Shown here: in pieces, positions 51,001-60,056 of the stretch
How positions within the stretch are numbered: the first letter of the stretch is position 1
Layout of the letters: the number at the start of each line of letters is the position of its first letter
From: Octopus vulgaris
Lineage: Eukaryota
Length of the DNA: 64,000 bases
Assembly (NCBI GenBank): GCA_951406725.2
Contig: OX597819.1
Span: 131,750,001 to 131,814,000 of the forward strand
Direction of reading: 5' to 3'
Program-made: the position numbers and the translations under genes
Notes under the pieces: model-generated
The model's database searches: none
Seen by the model: only the letters and a program-made list of their open reading frames with translations
Told to the model about the DNA's origin: nothing

Positions 51001-54000
51001 TGTTTGTTGCTGTCACTTCTCAGTTTTTTTAAGACAAAACCCATTCCACTTTCCATCGTTTATAACTTCAATCAATTGATCTTATTGGAATTATTTCCCC
51101 TGTATGTCATTTTGAGATTTTAAACACCTTCAGAGGGAGATTTTGTCTACAAATGCCTGGATTAATCTCACTTGACATATCTTTTCCACCTCACTTCATC
51201 ATTAATGTGGGACCCAGTCTGCGGAAAGATCCCCTCAAGTAATGCCCTTCAACCATATTGGCTGGTGAACAATCTCGGGTTTCAAATAAACAACTGAAAG
51301 GGAGAAATGATGAAGCCTCTACAAGTTTCTGCCATAGAGGCTTTTCTTGGAGGTTGGTTGCTGGACCTACTAGAAACAATAGCTAAATCTCCCTCACCAT
51401 ACTGTTATTTCCTTTTTAAAGCAAAAGACATACTAGACGATGTTATCTACAAAGACAGGATGGTCATAGTTGGCATGTCTTTCATCATAAGTCTACTAAA
51501 TCAGGTTTGATTTGGAGTTCATCAGCAACAAAGGAAAAGACATGTAAGATAAGCACACACACACACATGCTTCATCTTAGTTTCCCTCAATCAAATCCAC
51601 TCCAAGCCTGGGGCAGCCCAAGGCTAAAGTAGAGGATACTTAGTTAAGATGCCCTGCAGTGGAACTGAACCTGAAACCATGTGGTTGTGAAGCAAATTTC
51701 TTAACTACACATTCACATTCTTACCTAATGACCGATCATTTTGCTAAGTGAGGGAGACTGCTCCAGACATAATTTCAGTTTTAGTCCAGAGCCATCATCT
51801 TCCATATTTGCTCAAAGGAATTAAAACATTATCTGTCATTAAGTTAAAGTTGTTTTTGCACAGCCTAATTATTTCTAATCACCATTTAATGTCCGCTCTC
51901 CATGCTGGTATGGGTTAGACTGGAGCTGATGCCCTGGAGAGCTGCACCAGGTTCCAGTCTGATTTGGTCTGGTTTCTACAGATGGATGCCCTTCCTAACA
52001 CCAACCACTCCAAGAATGTAATGGGTGCTCTTACGTGACACCAACACGGGTAATGTTTACATGACACCAGCAACAACCACAATTCACAAGTAGGTGCCAT
52101 TCATATGGCACCGTCAGCAACTATGACTACGATTCATGGGTGCCATTTGTGTGGCACCAGCAACAACCACGACACACAAGACTAATTATCGATCATTTCA
52201 TTAAATATTTTTACACTGAAGTAATTATGTTTAAAACCACGATCCCTTTATCAAAATATTTATTATTTCTTAATTACATTTAATTAACAATCGCCTGAGT
52301 ACCTGGATTTCATGTGGGGAGTATTGACTCCATTAACCAAGAGATATTTATGGAGGTGAGAAAAGAATAATATTGGTGTCAAATTTTGGCACAAGGCCAG
52401 CAATTTCAGGGAGGGGTCAAGTCAGTTGCATCAACCCCCAGTGTTTGACTGATACTTATTTTATTAACCCCTGAAAGGATGAAAGGTAACGTTGACCTTG
52501 GCGGAATTTGAACTCAGAATATAAAGAATGACAAAATGCTACAAAGCATTTTGCCTGGCACAGGTAACAATTCTGTTGGCTTGCCACCTTAGAAAAGCAT
52601 ACTATTAGTCACTGATTAATTTTACTTTGAATTTTTTTTTAGAAAGAAAGGGATATCACTCTGTGCAGGTTTTAGTGTTATGAAACCTCTTCAGCAATGC
52701 CAAAATAGATGAGAGTATCATCACTAAATAAATGCACAATAATACACTGAGTGCAACTTTGAACTCTAGATTCTGGTCACTACTTTAACTCTTCCACAAT
52801 GGATCAAATCTGTAATTTCACACTAAAGTTTACTACAGGAGACATAACAAAACCGGTTTATCGTTGCTCATCATCATCATCACTATTTAACACTCATTTC
52901 CCATGCTGGAATGGGTTGGACAGTTCAACAGAAGCTGGCAAACCAGAGAACTGCACCAGATTCCAGTCTGTCTTGGCATAGTTTCTACAGCTGAATGCCC
53001 TTCCCAACGCCAACCACCACTCAGAGTGGACTGAGTGTTTTTTATGTGGCACCAGCATCAGTGAGGTTACCAACTAGCTTGCAAGATAAGATTCTCCAAC
53101 TGAGATGGGAATAGTACTCTGTTTAAAGTACAAATGCTCACTAGATACATAAGACAGACATAAATGTGTCAAATATATAGAATCTCAGAGTGGACACTAA
53201 AACAGGGACCAATAGGATGACGCTGTTTCAACTATTCTTATAGGTTCATCAGTAACTTTGTTGCCCTACATTTTACTGTCATCACCAAACTAACTATTGG
53301 AATATTTTTTTATAGAAAGTTTTATTTCCTGAAATATTTAATTTCAAAAAGGATTTAGTATTTAATCACAATTTAATCACAAGGCGCAGGAGTGGCTGTG
53401 TGGTAAGTAGCTTGCTAAAGAACCACATGGTTGCGGGTTCAGTCCCACTGCGTGGCATCTTGGGCAAGTGTCTTCTGCTATAGCCCCGGGCCGACCAATC
53501 CCTTGTGAGTGGATTTGGTAGACGGAAACTGAAAGAAGCCTGTCGTATATATGTATATATATATGTGTGTTTGTGCGTCTGTGTTTGTCCCCCTAGCATT
53601 GCTTGACAACCGATGCTGGTGTGTTTATGTCCCCGTCACTTAGCGGTTCAGCAAAAAGAGACCGATAGAATAAGTACTGGGCTTACAAAGAATAAGTCCC
53701 GGGGTCGATTTGATCGACTAAAGGCGGTGCTCCAGCATGGCCGTAGTCAAATGACTGAAACGAGTAAAAGAATAAAAGAAAGAATCTCCAAGTTTTAAAG
53801 AAAAAAAAAAAAAGAAACTTGAAATTTAAAATCCTGGCATAGTTTTTTTTTCTTATTCCCCACCACCAATTTTTCTCTTTCCGTAGCAACTCCAGAGTGG
53901 TCCCTGCTTATTTTCATGGAGGTATATTAAATCAAGTAATTTTTATAAAGCAGGTAACATCCTTAAATAAAAAGACAACAAATGGAAATTTTTTTTTTTA

Positions 54001-54197
54001 AATCAGCTTACAAACAATGGAACGATCCGACAGAATGTCTCGTTCTGCAAACAGCTGAATATTATAGAAGCAAATGCCAACCTACCTCTTGGAAAGTCGT
54101 CTGGTCTTATGAGTTCTTTAAAGAAGTCATATGCCCGTGTAACTTGTTCAAGATACTCAGTACCATCAACATACCAAAACTTCAACTTCCGTGTTTC
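1386..54197 (-). CDS. Partial multi-exon gene: 2 conventional exons plus 16 microexons; 5' and 3' ends not found in the window. From memory the N-terminal peptide resembles the invertebrate uncharacterised winged-helix + nucleoside-phosphorylase-like family (AGAP000321/PTHR47705-like); needs confirmation
   Basis: All exons have AG/GT boundaries on the minus strand and compatible phases (0-1, then 1-1 throughout). The joined sequence is an open frame. Confidence 0.8.
1928..2304 (+). mobile_element. tRNA-derived SINE (family 1)
   Basis: tRNA-like head with A box (tggcccagtgg) and B box (gtttcgattcc); near-identical copy at 56147-56510. Confidence 0.85.
5601..5633 (-). CDS. Microexon 15, 33 nt, acidic type: (A)EEVISDTEID
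   Basis: ccatttctgttccag|CTGAAGAAGTGATCAGCGATACTGAGATCGATG|gtacgt. Confidence 0.82.
7402..7434 (-). CDS. Microexon 14, 33 nt, acidic type: (V)EEVVSDIDPD
   Basis: cctgtttttgttccag|TCGAAGAAGTGGTCAGTGATATTGATCCCGATG|gtaggt. Confidence 0.85.
7906..7911 (-). promoter_or_regulatory. Rbfox-type UGCAUG intronic splicing element. Representative site; equivalents at 11836-11841, 13973-13978, 19548-19553, 34565-34570, 42975-42980, and GCATG at 1357-1361 and 35754-35758
   Basis: Positionally conserved 22-32 nt downstream of microexon donors, including non-paralogous microexons. Confidence 0.7.
7933..7959 (-). CDS. Microexon 13, 27 nt, Pro-type: (E)DLPPPVGV
   Basis: ttttgtttcactttaacag|AAGATTTACCACCTCCAGTTGGAGTGG|gtaggt; TGCATG at +22..+27. 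Confidence 0.85.
8617..8646 (-). CDS. Microexon 12, 30 nt, acidic type: (V)EEVSDIDFD
   Basis: gtgtttctgttccag|TGGAAGAAGTCAGTGATATTGATTTTGATG|gtaggt; in-frame 3-nt deletion relative to its paralogues. Confidence 0.85.
11863..11889 (-). CDS. Microexon 11, 27 nt, Pro-type: (E)DLPPPIDE
   Basis: ttttattttacatgactag|AAGACTTACCACCTCCAATTGATGAGG|gtaggt; TGCATG at +22..+27. Confidence 0.85.
12681..12719 (-). CDS. Microexon 10, 39 nt, acidic type: (V)EEVVSDVDVDVE
   Basis: cctgtttctgttccag|TGGAAGAAGTGGTCAGTGATGTTGATGTTGATGTTGAGG|gtaggt; in-frame 6-nt expansion relative to its paralogues. Confidence 0.85.
13080..13455 (+). mobile_element. RTE-like LINE 3' fragment (degenerate)
   Basis: Translates to KHKFRWAGHVAGFPDKRWTCAVAKW..KKPPG..W, typical of an RTE RT C-terminus. 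Confidence 0.75.
14004..14030 (-). CDS. Microexon 9, 27 nt, Pro-type: (E)DLPPPVGV
   Basis: tttgttttacattaatag|AAGATTTACCACCTCCAGTTGGAGTGG|gtaggt; identical to 7933-7959; TGCATG at +26..+31. Confidence 0.85.
15192..16454 (-). mobile_element. Full-length but decayed mariner (Tc1/mariner) transposon, about 1.26 kb
   Basis: TIRs TA-ttgggtcataccataaataat / attatttatgggatgacccaa-TA with TA target duplication. Frameshifted transposase from ATG at about 16267 (MEVTKEHIQHIL..), with LVTGDKKW, QDNAWPH and HPPYSLNIAPSDYHLF motifs. Confidence 0.92.
16741..16773 (-). CDS. Microexon 8, 33 nt, acidic type: (V)EEVVNDADIE
   Basis: cctatttctgttccag|TTGAAGAAGTGGTCAATGATGCTGACATTGAGG|gtaggt; paralogous to microexons 10, 12, 14, 15. 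Confidence 0.85.
19575..19604 (-). CDS. Microexon 7, 30 nt, Pro-type: (A)ENLPPPSFM
   Basis: cttttgtcttataaag|CTGAGAATTTGCCGCCTCCTAGTTTTATGG|gtaggt; TGCATG at +22..+27. Confidence 0.8.
20400..20612 (-). mobile_element. Short SINE (family 3). Other copies near 75-220, 8160-8310, 21600-21800, 22300-22478, 34215-34410, 46960-47155, 48880-49075, 52370-52590, 54945-55130, 63185-63290
   Basis: Recurrent motif gaccccgaaaggatgaaaggcaaagtcgacctcggcggaatttgaactcag, seen in both orientations. Confidence 0.8.
20671..20700 (-). CDS. Microexon 6, 30 nt: (E)EEIQTTYRK
   Basis: ttttatctttcattcag|AGGAAGAAATACAAACTACTTATCGTAAGG|gtaggt. Confidence 0.8.
22495..23045 (-). mobile_element. Interspersed repeat, probably LINE-derived
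   Basis: GC-richer block bounded by (TAA)n tracts; no splice-supported exon found. Confidence 0.4.
24348..24986. repeat. Near-perfect fold-back: arms 24348-24536 and about 24800-24986, nested hairpin 24537-24625, low-complexity TA/TG spacer
   Basis: Arms are direct reverse complements over about 185 bp. Confidence 0.9.
25915..26188. repeat. Inverted pair of a repeat of about 125 bp with an approximately 17-nt loop; single copy also at about 5140-5320
   Basis: gtttgccaac..gtcctggtttagga..ccttatatttt versus aaaatataagg..tcctaaaccaggac..gttggcaaac. Confidence 0.85.
27034..27063 (-). CDS. Microexon 5, 27 or 30 nt (NAGNAG acceptor): (E)ECPLPDII or (A)EECPLPDII
   Basis: ttgttttccctttgtatag|cag|AGGAGTGCCCTCTCCCTGATATTATTG|gtatgt. 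Confidence 0.75.
27699..28155. mobile_element. Element with inverted termini of about 75 bp containing a minus-strand tRNA-like segment (27848-27922)
   Basis: atttacatttgacggatatttg..gtttcagctgata versus tatcagccgaaac..caaatatccgtcaaatgtaaat. Confidence 0.65.
29308..29340 (-). CDS. Microexon 4, 33 nt: (E)EKIEAVQITS
   Basis: ttttacctctctcggtag|AAGAGAAAATTGAAGCAGTTCAAATCACTTCCG|gtatgt. Confidence 0.75.
29495..29702. mobile_element. piggyBac-like MITE with TTAA target duplication
   Basis: ttaa-ccctttcgttac ... gtaacgaaaggg-ttaa; second copy at 42210-42438. Confidence 0.85.
29860..30170 (+). mobile_element. RTE/BovB-like LINE 3' fragment
   Basis: PKRLFYSKLAKGMRMQG..DTLRASLKSF motif. Confidence 0.65.
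34595..34633 (-). CDS. Microexon 3, 39 nt: (E)SKLPPPPPPVTE
   Basis: catcaccag|AAAGCAAACTA(CCA)6GTAACTGAGG|gtaggt; TGCATG at +25..+30. An in-frame TAA upstream limits 5' extension; the pyrimidine tract is atypical. Confidence 0.72.
34960..35470. repeat. Compound (GT)n/(GA)n microsatellite cluster
   Basis: Seen directly. Confidence 0.95.
35780..35809 (-). CDS. Microexon 2, 30 nt: (D)HEIPQTIVY
   Basis: ttctttaaaattgaattag|ACCATGAAATTCCACAAACTATTGTTTACG|gtaggt; GCATG at +22..+26. Confidence 0.75.
38560..39190 (+). mobile_element. RTE-tail-type retroposon with variable internal subrepeats of about 55-60 bp and a (GAT)n tail. Copies near 24000-24290, 45990-46200, 51880-52170(-), 52870-53100(-), 58880-59285, 59490-59690(-), 61500-61820(-), 62800-63176
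   Basis: Shared gtggttggcgttaggaagggcatccagc...ccgtccaacccatgccagcatggaa...(gat)n; tandem gtggcacgtaaaaagcacc units. Confidence 0.8.
41761..42177 (-). mobile_element. tRNA-derived SINE (family 2) with internal (TA)n/(CA)n
   Basis: Reverse complement of 53382-53780; older copies near 25450-25813, 45720-45930 and 51550-51725. Confidence 0.85.
42210..42438. mobile_element. piggyBac-like MITE with TTAA target duplication; decayed relatives near 26190-26325, 44130-44290, 46410-46620, 57570-58170, 63340-63565
   Basis: ttaa-ccctttcgttac ... gtaacaaaaggg-ttaa. Confidence 0.85.
43007..43036 (-). CDS. Microexon 1, 30 nt: (E)VKVETTVMR
   Basis: ttttcttactctag|AAGTCAAAGTGGAAACCACTGTGATGCGTG|gtaggt; TGCATG at intron +27..+32. 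Confidence 0.8.
45454..45573 (-). CDS. Coding exon, 120 nt, phase 1-1: (D)YVGFIKKCMKQMQGPIYTQIRRVELSMQQLDQSEAPLSP
   Basis: Acceptor cattctctttcag|ATTATG, donor CCAG|gtaatc. Joins the previous exon in frame as FPR-D-YVGFIKK. Confidence 0.9.
48110..48500 (+). mobile_element. Restriction-like-endonuclease LINE (R4/Dong-like) 3' end
   Basis: KDLEIEVTRMWNLKTETIPIIVGVLGMIKK...IQKIALLGTAHILHRTLSIQ* then a short 3' UTR and (TAA)n. Confidence 0.8.
48530..48860 (-). mobile_element. tRNA-derived SINE (family 4); related decayed copy at about 54590-54915
   Basis: Minus-strand head ggtgcatggctcagtggttagagtg...gagttcgattctc followed by gtgttcttgagcaagacactt. Confidence 0.7.
50067..50713. repeat. Minisatellite, 27-bp unit CTCTGGGCCAAATGTTTC(C/T)ATTCATCA, about 24 copies
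   Basis: Direct tandem repeat; accounts for the long repetitive ORFs on both strands. Confidence 0.97.
53382..53780 (+). mobile_element. tRNA-derived SINE (family 2)
   Basis: Head aggcgcaggagtggctgtgtggtaag...ggttcagtccc; body gtgtttatgtccccgtcacttagcggttc; A-rich tail. Confidence 0.85.
54086..54197 (-). CDS. Coding exon, 112 nt, phase 0-1: ETRKLKFWYVDGTEYLEQVTRAYDFFKELIRPDDFPR
   Basis: Acceptor ttattatttttag|GAAACACGG, donor CCAAGAG|gtaggt. Protein-like composition; overlaps ORF 54003..54185(-). Confidence 0.9.
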
Positions 54198-56146
54198 CTA
54201 AAAATAATAAATATATTTGCTATGAATAATTATCATTTGAAATATCATTAAAAACTGAATAAATAATAAATGGTCTTATTTATTGGAATGTCTTGAAGGA
54301 AAATTATTTTGACTCAAGTCCAGAACTGAAAGTAAATGATTTCTCCTTTGTTTTTATCAAAATGTTGCAGGTAAGAGAGACTTGTGATATTTTTGAATCC
54401 ATTTTGTCCATGCTGGAGCACATGGCCTGAAATAAACGATGATTAAGCAATTAAAATGTTTTATCGATATTCTTTCCCTTGTGGCTGGTATCAATAATTT
54501 ACTGTTACTCATTGGATAAAATAAATACTTTTATATCCAACGTATATAACGTAACAAGAAATTCTTTACATAAGTGCTGAACGTAAGTGCTGCCTCTCGG
54601 TCGGTTACAACGAAGAGGGTTCCAATTGGTCCATTCAACAGAACAGCCAGCACACGAAATTAACATGCAAGTGGCTGAGCACTCCACAGACATGTGTACC
54701 CTTAACATAGTTCCCAAAGAGATTTGGTGTGATACAGACTGTGACAAGGCTGGCCCCTTCGAATTACAGATACAGCTCCCTTTTTGCCAACTGAACAGAC
54801 TGGAGCAATGTGAAATAAAATGTCTTGCTCAAGGGACAAAACATGTCACGGGGGAATTGAACCCACAACCTTACAATTGGGAGCCAAATACCTTAACCAC
54901 TAAGCTAAGCACATTCACAGTATGTAATTTAATGCATACAAGTGTTAAGGCAGCGAGCTGGATGAAATACTATTTCTTCTACTGCTACTTTCTGAGTTCA
55001 AATTCCGCCAAGGTCAACTTTGCCCTTCAACCTTTCGGGGTTAATAAATTAAATACCAGTTGAGTACTGGGGTCGATGTGATCAGCTGTCCCCCTCCCCA
55101 CAAAATCCAGGCCTTGTGCCTATAGTAGAGGGGATAATGTACACAAGTGCTTATATACAATTTTGTGTACATAAATGTTTCTTCTTCTTCTCAAAAGTTG
55201 GCCATGAAATGCAAGAAACATTTGCTTTCACTTTTGTAGATTCAAGAGTCACAATGGCAACAGCAAGATTTGAACTCATGAACATTAGATTACCAGCCAC
55301 TGCAATCCGTAAATGAGCATGAAGTTTTAAGGTGTATGTCTAAAAATTGAAATACCAGAGAAGCTGTTATGATTTCTATAAAATTTAATTCCAACCAAAG
55401 CAGACATGGAATATATAACACAAGAAATAAGGGGTCAAAGACTGGTGAGAGGGAATTATGAAGTTTTAAGAACATTCTTTAAAAACGAAGTACAAACAAT
55501 TTTTTTTAAGAATTCACAGAGAAGTTAAAAGACAGATCTGAGTATCAAACTGAGTTAACCTGTTCAGAGGGAATGCCAGAGAACTGGCCATATCCAAAAG
55601 GAGATTACCAGAGAAAATAGAGGAAGTGAAAGCATGACATCGATGTGGATAATAAAGATAGAAAGTAAATGAATAGGAAAAATAATCAGTTAAAAAGTAG
55701 CATACTGAACGTCAGACACAAAAAAAGTCATCAAAAGAAAGAAACCTGGTGGCAATTGTTAACAACAATCAAAGATAGGGGGAGATAATTTTCAGTAATT
55801 AAGAAATGCTTGAAGGAAAGCAAGTCCAATGTTTGTGTGCAGGCAAGGGAGACAACTATGAACAGGTTCCAATTCATTAGCCCTCGTCAGCATAGTCTTC
55901 TCAAACCAAGCTTGCTGATTTGTTGATATAAATATTTTACATGTGAAAAAAAACTGTTACAGATAATTTTTAGCCAGTATAATTTGCATAATTAAAAGTA
56001 AAATGTGCTGAAAGTAAAAGAAAAATACAGACCAAAAGTATAAATTTGGGCAGCAGGTTAGGGGGGGTGCACTAAGTGTTGTTGGGATTTGATAAATGAT
56101 TGGAATTTCTCTCTTTATAGAACCTATAAGGTTAGATGATAACAGT

Positions 56147-56510
56147 GGAGGCGCAATGGCCCAGTGGTTAGGGCAGCGGACTCGCAGTTTCGATTCCCAG
56201 ACCGGGCGTTGTGAGTGTTTATTGAGCGAAAACACCTAAAAGCTCCACGAGGCTCCGGCAGGGGATGGTGGTGATCCCTGCTGTACTCTTTCACCACAAC
56301 TTTCTCTCACTCTTACTTCCTCTTTCTGTTGTACCTGTATTTCAAGGGGCCGGCCTTGTCACTCTCTGTGTCACGCTGAATATCCCTGAGACCTACGTTA
56401 AGGGTGCACGTGTCTGTGGAGTGCTCAGCCACTTACACGTTAATTTCACGAGCAGGCTGTTCCGTTGATTCGGATCAACCAGAACCCTCATCATCGTAAC
56501 CGACGGAGTG
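56147..56510 (+). mobile_element. tRNA-derived SINE (family 1), 14-nt deletion in the head
   Basis: Near-identical to 1928-2304. Confidence 0.85.
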
Positions 56511-57689
56511 CAAAGAGAGAGAAGGTTAGTAAGAATAATTAATAAGAAAGAAAAGGAGAGACAGTTTCAAGAAATTTTAGAATTAGTCCCACCCTTTAGT
56601 CAATAGATCACTCTTTAACCTATTTATTCCCCATTCATACCATTAGCCAATATTTTCTTTCATGCTAAACAGGACAAAATGTTTTTTGCAACTCTTTCCC
56701 TAAATGTAAAAATATGTCATTTAATCAACAGACTTGATTAGATTGTACTGTGCTGGTGAGGTCCATAAGACTGGAACATGTCCATAGTTATCTCTTACCT
56801 GCACACAAAGATCACATTTCCTTTTCCCTAAGCATTAATTTAAATTATCCAAATTTGTGCTATCAGTCCTGTGAGTTACTTCACTTAGTTCATTTTTAAT
56901 TATGCAAATAAAAATAGATTTTTTTGGCACCAAAGGAAATTGATGGAATTGAAGACGAAACAATGGAACATGATTTATTTAATAATGAGAAAAGCTAGAA
57001 ATCACAGAGTTCGGTTTAGTGGTGGAAGCATGGACCAACAGCAAGAATTAAAAGCTTGATTCTATGGTGCTGGACACCCAACTTTGATTAAATCCCTGAA
57101 ATTTGCATAAAAGAAACCCTACAGAATAAATGGAATGAATTTGGGTCACTGATGTGAATTGGTCAGGAAAGGAATTCATTACAAACTAATTGGCTTGTAG
57201 AAATTGATAATTAACTTTTTACTGTCAAAAATATTCAACTTTTCATGAACTCTAAACGAAGATATTTAAAATCAATCAAATTACGTTGGGCTTAAAACAT
57301 ATTCAGAAGGGGGTCGCAGTGAGACGATAGAATAACTGAGATAAGATTTTTTTTTCTTCTTCTAACCAAACATCAGACCAGTCTAAAAGAGGAAGGAAAT
57401 GGTTGGAAATAGCTGGCCATGCAGTTATTCTAGGTATTCACTAGATAAATAAGAGATATCCTGGATAAAATAAGGGCCAACATATATATATATATATGTC
57501 AAGTATGGAGAGAGATGGTAAGGTCATAGACGATGGAATCTGCACCTGGTCTGCTTCAGGGTTGAAATCACATTAACCCTTTTGTTCCCATATTTCTGCT
57601 GAAATGCACTGCTTTGTTTATTCCTTTATTCTCTCATACACTTCAGCCCAAAAGCTGTGGCCATGCTGAAGCACCATCAGTGTTTATTA

Positions 57690-57980
57690 CATTTTCAATG
57701 GCCATTCTTTTGGGATTGGCTTTTGGCAAAAGCGGCAGTTAGAGATTGCTAAACTCTTTTGGGTTTCTCGCCCTTACGTAGCTTCACCAGCAACCTTGGA
57801 CAACAGCAACTGAAGTTGTTTCTTGAAAACATCCACTCCTATTTCATGCAGATCTCTCAGATGTTTTTGGCAAGATATTGAATAGCCATAGGCCTTTGAA
57901 TTCGAAGTTATTGGTTCTCACTCTAAACAGGACGGAATAGAACCTTTGGAACTGTGCAAAGACATCCAGTTCAGGGGCCG
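57690..57980 (-). mobile_element. CR1/L2-like LINE 3' fragment
   Basis: Minus strand, with a frameshift: FKGLWLFNILPK..LRDLHEIGVDVFKKQL. Confidence 0.65.
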
Positions 57981-59995
57981 ATAGAGTTCAAAATGCCAAC
58001 AAAATTTTGAAGCTAATGATAAATTTAGGGAGATAATTTTATCATTGCTGTTTCAAGCATAAATTAAAATGGAATTTTGAGGATGGTTTTAATTGATATC
58101 CCTTCAAAATGAGAAAAAATCCCTTCAAAATGAGAAGTGTGCATCACTGAACCAGGTTTTGTCAGAGGTGGATTGATACCAAAAGGGTCAATTTCACTAA
58201 TGTCCTTGAGAAAGGCATGAATTTGTCTTTCCCATTCATTCAGTTATTAAAAACAATAGGTTTTACTGTAAAATAACAAGGAACTGCTCCAGTGTGGACT
58301 TGATTTTGAAACATGATGGCATTATAACTTTGTAAATGAGAAAGAAGATGAGAAAGAGGTTTGAAATATCCACTGAACCAGCAAAAGACTTCAGGAGAAT
58401 GAAACACTGCAAAGTAAATATCAGAAATATTAATAAGACTTCACCCACCCACCCAACCCCAAGTGTTACTCTCTAATTAGAAATTATTGATTGCTTTTGA
58501 TGAGGTGGACAAGGCCGGTTTTTATAAACAAGATATAAGTAATCTACTCAGTAGATTATTTTACTTGGAATATTTTCAATGAGGTACGAGGGGGGGGGGG
58601 CAAGGAATGTTGACTTGGATGGAATTTAAAAGAATATTGACAGGAATAACTTAAGACTCTCAAACTGTTAAATTCATTCTTTAACATTTGTGCCAAATTG
58701 TTAACCTTATCAAAATAATTCATTATTATCTTTACCTTATCAAATATTAACAGTTAATAATGATGATGATAATAATAATAACAATTCATTAATGATCACT
58801 ATTATTATTTTATTAATGCCAATATATATCTAGTAAACAATATTCTCTGAGTTATAAACTTTATATTAAATATCCAAATCAAAATCAATCAACATCAATG
58901 GAAATTGTAGCTGTGATACCACTGCCGGTGGCATGTAAGAGAACCATCCGAACATGGCTATTGCCAGCGCCACCCCAACCGGCCTCCATGCCGGTGGCAC
59001 ATAAAAAGCACCATCCAATCATGGCCGTTGCCGGCCTCGCCTGGCCTCAGTGCCGGTGGCACATAAAAAGCACCATCCGATCGTGGCCGTTTGCCAGCCT
59101 CATCTGGCACGTAAAAAGCACCCACTACACTCGCAGAGTGGTTGGCGTTAGGAAGGGCATCCAGCCGTAGAAACATTGCCAGATCAGACTGGAGCCTGGT
59201 GCTGCCCCTGGCTTCCCAGACCCCAGTTGAACCGTCCAACCCATGCTGGCATGGAAAGCGGACGCTAAACGATGATGATGATGATCGATTACAGACAAAA
59301 AAGATGTAAAACAATGATAATGAGAAGGAGAACTAAAATGTGTCAGCCAAAATCCTTACAAATGGAGAGAGAGGGGGGGAGAGAGAGAAAGAAAGAGAGA
59401 GAGAGAGAGTGTGTGTGTGTGTGTACACTGGAAAAATTCTCCCCCTAAGCCGCTCAGAATCAATTTTTTTTGTCTCTTTGAAACACTCATCGTCATTTAA
59501 TGTCCATCTTCCATGCTCTGTGCAGAGTTTGGTGCATCCAACACAGACCTTTGGTGCCTCCGATATACTTCTGACATAGTTTTCACATCTGGATGCCCTT
59601 TTCTAACTCTAACCATTTTACAAAGTGGACTGAGTACTTTTCTTGTGGCACCAGCATTAGTGAGGTCACAATATAATTTGCAAGACAAAACAGCACCACC
59701 CACCCCCCTTCAGGGAAGAGGATGGCATTGTGTTGTGTGTTGAAAAGTTAAAGCATCATAGAGGGGTAAGAAATGGTTTTGCTGCTACGGAAGAAATACA
59801 AGGCTACCACACGTTTTATTTAAGGGTGGGTGGGAGTAACTGAGATGGAGCTAGAAGAGGAGGTAGAAGTGGTGGAGAGGAAGAGTCAGAGAATACTTTC
59901 AAGGTACAAAAAGGTGAATAGGAGAGAGAGAGAGAGAAAGTAGGGGCAGAAGATCAGAAAGTATGGGTGGGTAAACGTAGCAAAGGAATGTGAAG

Positions 59996-59998
<3 letters not shown>

Positions 59999-60052
<54 letters not shown>
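59999..60052. repeat. (GA)n microsatellite
   Basis: Seen directly. Confidence 0.95.

Positions 60053-60056
<4 letters not shown>

Noticed and set aside
56799-56827. Strong donor CAG|gtaaga as a possible upstream exon of the gene
   Set aside because: Poor acceptor and no recognisable peptide; the upstream exon was not identified in the window.
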